DNA of 64,000 nucleotides from an uncultured Phycisphaerales bacterium (GTDB lineage Bacteria; Planctomycetota; Phycisphaerae; Sedimentisphaerales; Anaerobacaceae): the NCBI GenBank assembly GCA_963718665.1, contig OY970359.1, forward strand, positions 1,888,001-1,952,000, in the 5' to 3' direction. The notes below the pieces were generated by a model, which worked only from the letters and a program-made list of their open reading frames with translations, was not told where the DNA came from and made no database searches. Positions within the stretch are counted from its first letter, which is position 1; each line of letters opens with the position of its first letter. The position numbers and the translations under genes are program-made. Positions 58,814 to 64,000 of this stretch are shown here, in pieces.

Positions 58814-60784
58814 TTACGCGTCACTTGCGTGGCTTATGTAATGTCTTTTCATTACGCTTCGCCTGATGCCGAGCGCCACCGCGATAAGCAATATGACGGC
58901 CGGTGCCGCCAGCATATTGAACGCCCGCAGGTTGTTGCCAAGCTTTTCGATTTGTTGGCGTTTCTGCATTTTAACTTCGCGCAGTTGTTGGCGGGCCTTT
59001 AGTTTTTTTAATTCGAGGTCTTTTGTTTTTTGGGCAATCGAGCTGCCAATGACCTGTTTTTCTTTTTCGTTGGCAGAAGTAATAAGCGTTTTTAACTCGT
59101 CCTCAAAGCCGGTAATTTCAGCGTTGAGCTTGGCGACCTCATCAGCGGTCGCGGCCTCGGCTTTTTTCTCTATCTGGTCAACAACCGTAAAAGGTCTTTG
59201 GAAATTACCACGGGACCTGATTGAGATGAGGTCGGTTGAGCCGGAAAGGTCGTCGATTGCGTTCATCAATAGCGCGCTGTTATCACCGACAACGATGTTG
59301 CCGAAAAGCTGGTTGCGATAATAGGCAAGCGAGTTGGATATGAAATCGACATCCGAAAACACAACCACGGCGCAGTTTTCCGAGGCCTGTGTAAGGCCGG
59401 TGATGTGCGTTTTTGTTTTTGGCGCATTCGCATCGTTGCTCTGCGGCTCGGACTCACGCACAATACCATTGGGAAAATTGCTTTTGAATTTGCCCGTGAT
59501 AAGATAACCCATAATCACCGGCTTTGTGCCCTCTGAAAATTTCTTCATCAGTTCCGACGGGTCGAGCATCTGCAAATCCAGGGGACTGTCAACTTTGAAG
59601 GTATTGCCTTTGGCGGTCGTCATAATCAGCGGCGTCCGTTCGATATACCCCTCGCCCGCAACGTCATTTGGCGATGCGATTACATTTAACGCCCCGGCAA
59701 ACCATACCCTGACGCTGTTAAGCTGGGCGGTAATTACATTGTCGCGATTAAAGCACGCGGGAGACGTCAGATTGAGGAAGCCGATAATTTTTTCCAAGCC
59801 CTGGCCGGAAGCCATTGATGTTTCTGGCGCCAGCTGTTTATCGCCCGCGAACGTCATCTCCGGCATATCAAGTCCCCAGTTATTCAGGAATTGCTTTAGA
59901 TTCGAGCTTTTCGAAACCTTGTCGGACTGCATCATTGTCTGACCCGGCTCCTGGTCGGCATAACAGTATGGGTCGATAAAGATAATGGTCCTGCCGCCCT
60001 TCAAAATAAACTGGTCTATGGCGAAAAGCGTCTGCACGGGGAGTTTCTTGGGATGAATCACAAGAAGAACGTCGATATCGTTAATATCATTGGTGTCGTA
60101 GGGGATGCCTTTGACCTCATATTTTTGCTTGAGGTGCTCGATAATGGTCCATGCCATTTTGGGCTGCTGGCCCTGCATTATCATCATCTGTGCCATATAA
60201 TCGCCGACCTCGCCCATAATGGGAAGCGAGCTGAGGACGCCGATATTTTTTTTCTGACGCGTGATGGCCGTATCGATGAGAGAGCTTATGTCGTATTCGA
60301 CGAAATTCTGGCGGTCAGGTGTGAAAAACGGAATCGATTTTTCTGCGCCGAACTGTGTCCGGACGACTAATCCGAAGACAAAATTCTCTTCATCCGTTAT
60401 GGGAAATTTTTTGAGTCCGCTGCGGGCGGCCTCGACTTCGTCGTCGGAGTAAGGCCGTGGGTCGATAATTTCGAGATTAACCATTCCCTTTGAGGCGGCG
60501 ACGTATTCTTCCAGCAGCGATTTCACGAATTCGTAATAATTATTGAAATACTTAATCTGGTCCGGGCCTTTCATTGAGGCGGTTTTGGCATAGTAAAGCT
60601 TGAGTTTCAGTGGCTGATTCAGTTTGGCGAGAATCGATTTTGTGCCGGCGGACAACGTATAAAGTTTCTTGTCGGTGACATCGACTTTCAGGCGTTTACC
60701 GAGGTTCTGGCAGATACTTATAGCGCCGAAGGTTATCAGGAGAACAAAAATAATAGCGAGTATCACTCGTATAGTTCTGCTCAT
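58814..60784 (-). CDS. GldG-like ABC transporter auxiliary component
   Basis: DVT..KLYTLS.GT, EYDISSLI, IDQFILKGG...IDP, C-terminal coiled coil and TM. Confidence 0.85.
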   Translation of the reverse strand: MSRTIRVILAIIFVLLITFGAISICQNLGKRLKVDVTDKKLYTLSAGTKSILAKLNQPLKLKLYYAKTASMKGPDQIKYFNNYYEFVKSLLEEYVAASKGMVNLEIIDPRPYSDDEVEAARSGLKKFPITDEENFVFGLVVRTQFGAEKSIPFFTPDRQNFVEYDISSLIDTAITRQKKNIGVLSSLPIMGEVGDYMAQMMIMQGQQPKMAWTIIEHLKQKYEVKGIPYDTNDINDIDVLLVIHPKKLPVQTLFAIDQFILKGGRTIIFIDPYCYADQEPGQTMMQSDKVSKSSNLKQFLNNWGLDMPEMTFAGDKQLAPETSMASGQGLEKIIGFLNLTSPACFNRDNVITAQLNSVRVWFAGALNVIASPNDVAGEGYIERTPLIMTTAKGNTFKVDSPLDLQMLDPSELMKKFSEGTKPVIMGYLITGKFKSNFPNGIVRESEPQSNDANAPKTKTHITGLTQASENCAVVVFSDVDFISNSLAYYRNQLFGNIVVGDNSALLMNAIDDLSGSTDLISIRSRGNFQRPFTVVDQIEKKAEAATADEVAKLNAEITGFEDELKTLITSANEKEKQVIGSSIAQKTKDLELKKLKARQQLREVKMQKRQQIEKLGNNLRAFNMLAAPAVILLIAVALGIRRSVMKRHYISHASDA

Positions 60785-61515
60785 TAGCCCGCCTTCCTTT
60801 CTTCGAGCACAACCGTGCAGGCAGCCACCCAGCCGATAATGAGGATGATAAAATAAGAGACGTCCTTGAATTCAAGAACGCCCTTCTGAATCGACTCGAA
60901 ATGCGATTCTAAACTCATTGTCTCGACCGCCGAAACCAGGCCTGCCGGAAGAAACGTCGAAAGATAATTCATAGTCGTCGGAACTCCCGCGAAAACCAGC
61001 ACCGCGCAGGCGACAACCGACAGTACAAAGCTGATGACCTGGTTTTTGCTCAGTGCGGAGAAAAAGCACCCCAATGCAAGGAACCCGCCCGCCATAAGTA
61101 TAGTGCCTAAGTAGCCGGTGATTATCAAGCCCGCATCCGGATTCCCCAGGAAAAATACCGTTATGACCATCGGGAAGGTCAACGCGAGCGCGATAATAAG
61201 AAAGACCCACGCAGCGAGAAACTTGCCGAGCACGGCCTGTGTTACTGTTATGGGAAGCGTAAACAGAAGCTCTATTGAGCCGGTTTTGCGTTCCTCTGCC
61301 CACAGCCGCATAGTTGTCGCAGGCACCATAAACGCGAACAGCAAAGGCATATTGATGAAGAACGCCGTCATATCCGCCTGGCGAATCTCGAAGAAGCCGT
61401 TTTTGAAAGTGAGATAGCCGGAGAAAAAGAGAAACACCACGAGGAATACATAAGCAATCGGCGTCGTGAAATACGACCTCAATTCTCTTTTGAATACCGC
61501 CTTAAAACCGCTCAT
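60784..61515 (-). CDS. GldF-like ABC-2 permease
   Basis: RELRSYF.TPIAYV, MRLWAEERKTGSIELL.TLP, GKFLA. Confidence 0.9.
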   Translation of the reverse strand: MSGFKAVFKRELRSYFTTPIAYVFLVVFLFFSGYLTFKNGFFEIRQADMTAFFINMPLLFAFMVPATTMRLWAEERKTGSIELLFTLPITVTQAVLGKFLAAWVFLIIALALTFPMVITVFFLGNPDAGLIITGYLGTILMAGGFLALGCFFSALSKNQVISFVLSVVACAVLVFAGVPTTMNYLSTFLPAGLVSAVETMSLESHFESIQKGVLEFKDVSYFIILIIGWVAACTVVLEERKAG

Positions 61516-61553
61516 TTTTTACTCCAGTAAAAAGCTTTTTATCGCCGAAAAGT

Positions 61554-62273
61554 TCAGGCAACTTTGCTTCTGGTAATTTTTCGGAATACCTCTTCGAGCG
61601 AGCAGCCGTATTTTTGCCGTAATTGTTCCGGCGTGGAATCGACGATGATTTTGCCTTTAGCTATGATTATCGTTCTGCTACATACGGCTTCGACTTCTTC
61701 GAGGATATGAGTCGAGACGATGATACACTTTTCCTTTGCCATTTTACTGATGAGCTGACGAACCTCGTGTTTCTGGTTAGGGTCAAGGCCGTCTGTCGGC
61801 TCGTCGAGGATTAGCACCTGCGGGTCGTGAATCAATGCCTGCGCAAGGCCGACTCGCCTGCGATAGCCCTTCGAGAGAGTATCAATCGCCTGATGATAAA
61901 CCGATTCGATTGCGCACATCGGGACAATGCGGTCGAGTGCCTTTTTGCGTTCGCTTCCGGGAATCTGCCTGGCATCGCAGACAAAATTCAGCAGCCCGCC
62001 TACCGTCATTTCGTTGTAGGCGGGAACATTTTCGGCCAGATAGCCGATTGATTTTCTGACTTCGAGGGGGTTCTTGAGGATGTCGTAGCCGCAGACCGTC
62101 GCTGTGCCGCTGTCGGGCCGCAGATAACAGGCAAGCATTCGCATTACGGTGCTTTTGCCCGCGCCGTTTGGTCCCAAAAAGCCCAGTACTTCGCCTTTTC
62201 GGACGTCGAACGAAACGCCGTCGACCGCGACAATCGGCCCGAAACTCCGCCTCAATTCCTTTATGCTTATCAT
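61554..62273 (-). CDS. ABC transporter ATP-binding protein (GldA-like)
   Basis: GPNGAGKST, LSKGYRRRVGLAQA, DEPT, STHIL. Confidence 0.93.
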   Translation of the reverse strand: MISIKELRRSFGPIVAVDGVSFDVRKGEVLGFLGPNGAGKSTVMRMLACYLRPDSGTATVCGYDILKNPLEVRKSIGYLAENVPAYNEMTVGGLLNFVCDARQIPGSERKKALDRIVPMCAIESVYHQAIDTLSKGYRRRVGLAQALIHDPQVLILDEPTDGLDPNQKHEVRQLISKMAKEKCIIVSTHILEEVEAVCSRTIIIAKGKIIVDSTPEQLRQKYGCSLEEVFRKITRSKVA

Positions 62274-62556
62274 TCTTTTCTCCTTAGAACACATTCCATA
62301 GCGCCGAAAACCCGCGATTTCAATACTGATAATGCGGCTGCTGGCTGGTTATGAAATGACTTCTAACGCACAAACATATATCGTCAAAACAGCCAAAATT
62401 TATGTAGCAGTTCGCTTCACAAAATAAGCTATTGTTTAGCTTTGTGACTATACGGAGACGTTACAGAATGGTTCTGAGAAGATGCGGCTGACATCGTAAT
62501 TGATTAGTGATGATTGTGGCGGTCATTAGCAAATAATAAATTTCAATAAATAAGGG

Positions 62557-62634
62557 CTTCGTTCGCCAAATAGCGGCGAACGAAGAATGGCCTGCCACGA
62601 GTAAGGCCTTCAAAACCGAATGGTTTTGAAGGCC
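62557..62634. repeat. Two perfect hairpins just downstream of the tmRNA fragment
   Basis: CTTCGTTCGCC/GGCGAACGAAG (11 bp) and GGCCTTCAAAACC/GGTTTTGAAGGCC (13 bp). Confidence 0.7.
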
Positions 62635-62641
62635 GCATCGA

Positions 62642-62670
62642 GTGGAGGCGGGGGGATTCGAACCCCCGTC
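62642..62670 (-). other. ssrA: 3' fragment of tmRNA (ssrA); probable att site of an integrated element
   Basis: Reverse complement GACGGGGGTTCGAATCCCCCCGCCTCCAC = T-arm plus Ala-type acceptor 3' strand; no complementary GGGGGCG 5' end at tRNA or tmRNA distance. Confidence 0.7.
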
Positions 62671-63140
62671 AGGCCATTTTCATAAGTCCTTGTTAATCAA
62701 GGAGATAGAACTTAAGTGCTTTGTTAACAAGGGCTTGAATCATTCTCAGATTTTATCACGTTTTATCAGAATTTATCAGAATTTGGCTTTCAAATACTCC
62801 CGTATTACTCCCGCGAATTACACACTTGAAATGACCTGTAAATGTACGATCTTTAGTTTGGCTAAAATGACGGTGATTCTGGTAACCCCACGCCACTGAC
62901 GATCACAGACGAGTCATGGGCAAGTTTAATCTCAAAAAACAACTATGCCAAGAATCAAAAAGCCAGTTATATCGGATGAGTTTTTTTATAGTACAGGAAC
63001 TGCTGCCCAGAATCGCAATCGAGCAGTTCGTCCTGCAATTGGCAATGTAGTAACAGCTTCGCTACCCTGCTGTGATTAATGGCAATTACATTGATGGTAG
63101 GTAAAAGTCGCCTACTGCAAAAACCATTAGATTACAATTC

Positions 63141-63655
63141 GGCGTAACTTGGCAGAGATGTCAGTGTCATCTGCAGCGAAACGTCGCAAGCTATGTTCCG
63201 AAGTCTTCTATGAGGGGGCAGGTCGCCGAAGACATCAAGGACATTTTTAATGCGAAGGATAGAGCATCTGCCGAAGACCGGCTTGACAAGTGTGTTGAAA
63301 AATACAAACAAGTCGCGCAGAAACTTGCTGAGTGGATGCAGGATAATACCCAGGACGGCTTGAACGTCTTTGCATTGCCTAAGGAACATCGAAGGCGATT
63401 ACGAACCACCAATACGCTTGAACGATTGCATCAGGAAATCAATCGAAGATCGCGTGTCGCAAGGATATTCGCCAACGAAGAATCGCTTTTGCGTCTGGTA
63501 AGTGCGATTGAAATGGAAATCAGTGATGATTGGCTTTCAGAGAAAAAATACTTAACGTTTGCCCGTCATTCGTGTGGCGGATTGGAATTGGAGAACGAGA
63601 ACGAAACCGCTTATTTAAACGAAAACAAAATTTACAGGAAAAAGGTTGCTTAATC
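63141..63655 (+). mobile_element. 5'-truncated IS256-family transposase remnant with probable right end
   Basis: In frame with the 63210 ORF: GVTWQRCQCHLQRN...RRRLRTTNTLERLHQEINRRSRVARIFANEESLLRL; ends TTTACAGGAAAAAGGTTGCTTAATC. Confidence 0.85.
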
Positions 63656-63827
63656 GGCGATTTGGTTATAGTTCTTTTGGTTTTCATATGCCATATATCA
63701 ATTCATTTGTTCGAAATTATTTAAGGTTTCCAATAGATCAAGCGGATAACTAAAGCGGTTTGTTTCAAGCACCTGGCTGGGAAAAATCCGACTCTATTTT
63801 AGCATTAAAAACCATAAATATCAATTT

Positions 63828-64000
63828 GCTCTGTAGAAAAGATTGAAGCATAAGGTTTAGTCATGGCGATAAGTGTTAATAATAACAATAACTTAGGTTT
63901 CAGCCATAAACCGCGTTGGAAAGGATTCCACGATGGCCAAACACGGAGTTATGACCAAATCACCTGTTATGCTGGCAAAGCAGGCACTTCAGACAGCCAC
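63828..64000 (+). mobile_element. Possible left end of an IS5-like element, ORF from 63933 running off the window
   Basis: GCTCTGTAGAAAA end-like sequence; MAKHGVMTKSPVMLAKQALQTA recalls planctomycete transposase N-termini; only 22 codons visible. Confidence 0.35.

Noticed and set aside
13689..62059. Numerous antisense and nested ORFs in the track (e.g. 41376-42152, 48266-49060, 51200-52093)
   Set aside because: Shadows of well-supported genes on the other strand or frame; no motifs or RBS support
57639..62273. Gliding motility system
   Set aside because: GldA/F/G-like ABC + DUF4340 operons are widespread outside gliding Bacteroidota; no other gld/spr genes here
62642..62720. Complete tRNA or tmRNA gene
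   Set aside because: Only T-arm and acceptor 3' strand are present; no matching 5' half
62642..62899. ORF MEAGGFEPPS...
   Set aside because: Antisense reading of the tmRNA fragment; typical spurious call

Overview
Bacterial chromosomal window, most likely from a Planctomycetota / Phycisphaerae (Sedimentisphaerales-like) anaerobe. This is inferred from dockerin-like C-terminal repeats, a prepilin/H-X9-DG protein, a TPR protein with two RNA-polymerase alpha-CTD domains, many ECF sigma/anti-sigma pairs and a groEL-groES-groEL order. The left end (1-7500) is an accessory-looking block next to the 3' end of tRNA-Val(CAC). It holds an HTH (probably WYL-type) regulator, a secreted dockerin-like protein, a secreted C39-peptidase protein ending in a double-glycine leader-like motif plus an 84-aa, 10-Cys tail, a pilin-like protein, and an ECF sigma with a four-zinc-finger anti-sigma. 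The middle is mostly housekeeping (nikR, metX-metW fusion, amrS, pdxB, folP, lon, tgt, SpoIID-like, ccsA/resB, hemA/hemC, groEL-groES-groEL-dnaJ-grpE, truA, asd, DEAD-box helicase, fhs, folD), plus carbohydrate enzymes (DUF1080, SGNH, GH78, GH94, GH172) and a Gld-like ABC operon. A tandem array of three ECF sigma/anti-sigma pairs (20.3-27.3 kb) is punctuated by homologous terminators. In all three anti-sigma genes the conserved W-R-x-I-M motif encodes an internal Shine-Dalgarno + ATG just before the membrane helix. The right end carries a displaced tmRNA 3' fragment (att-like site) and IS remnants. Three single-base frameshifts (pdxB, groEL1, GH78) look like assembly errors. No CRISPR array or rRNA was seen. 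All calls come from reading the sequence by eye; no database searches were run.
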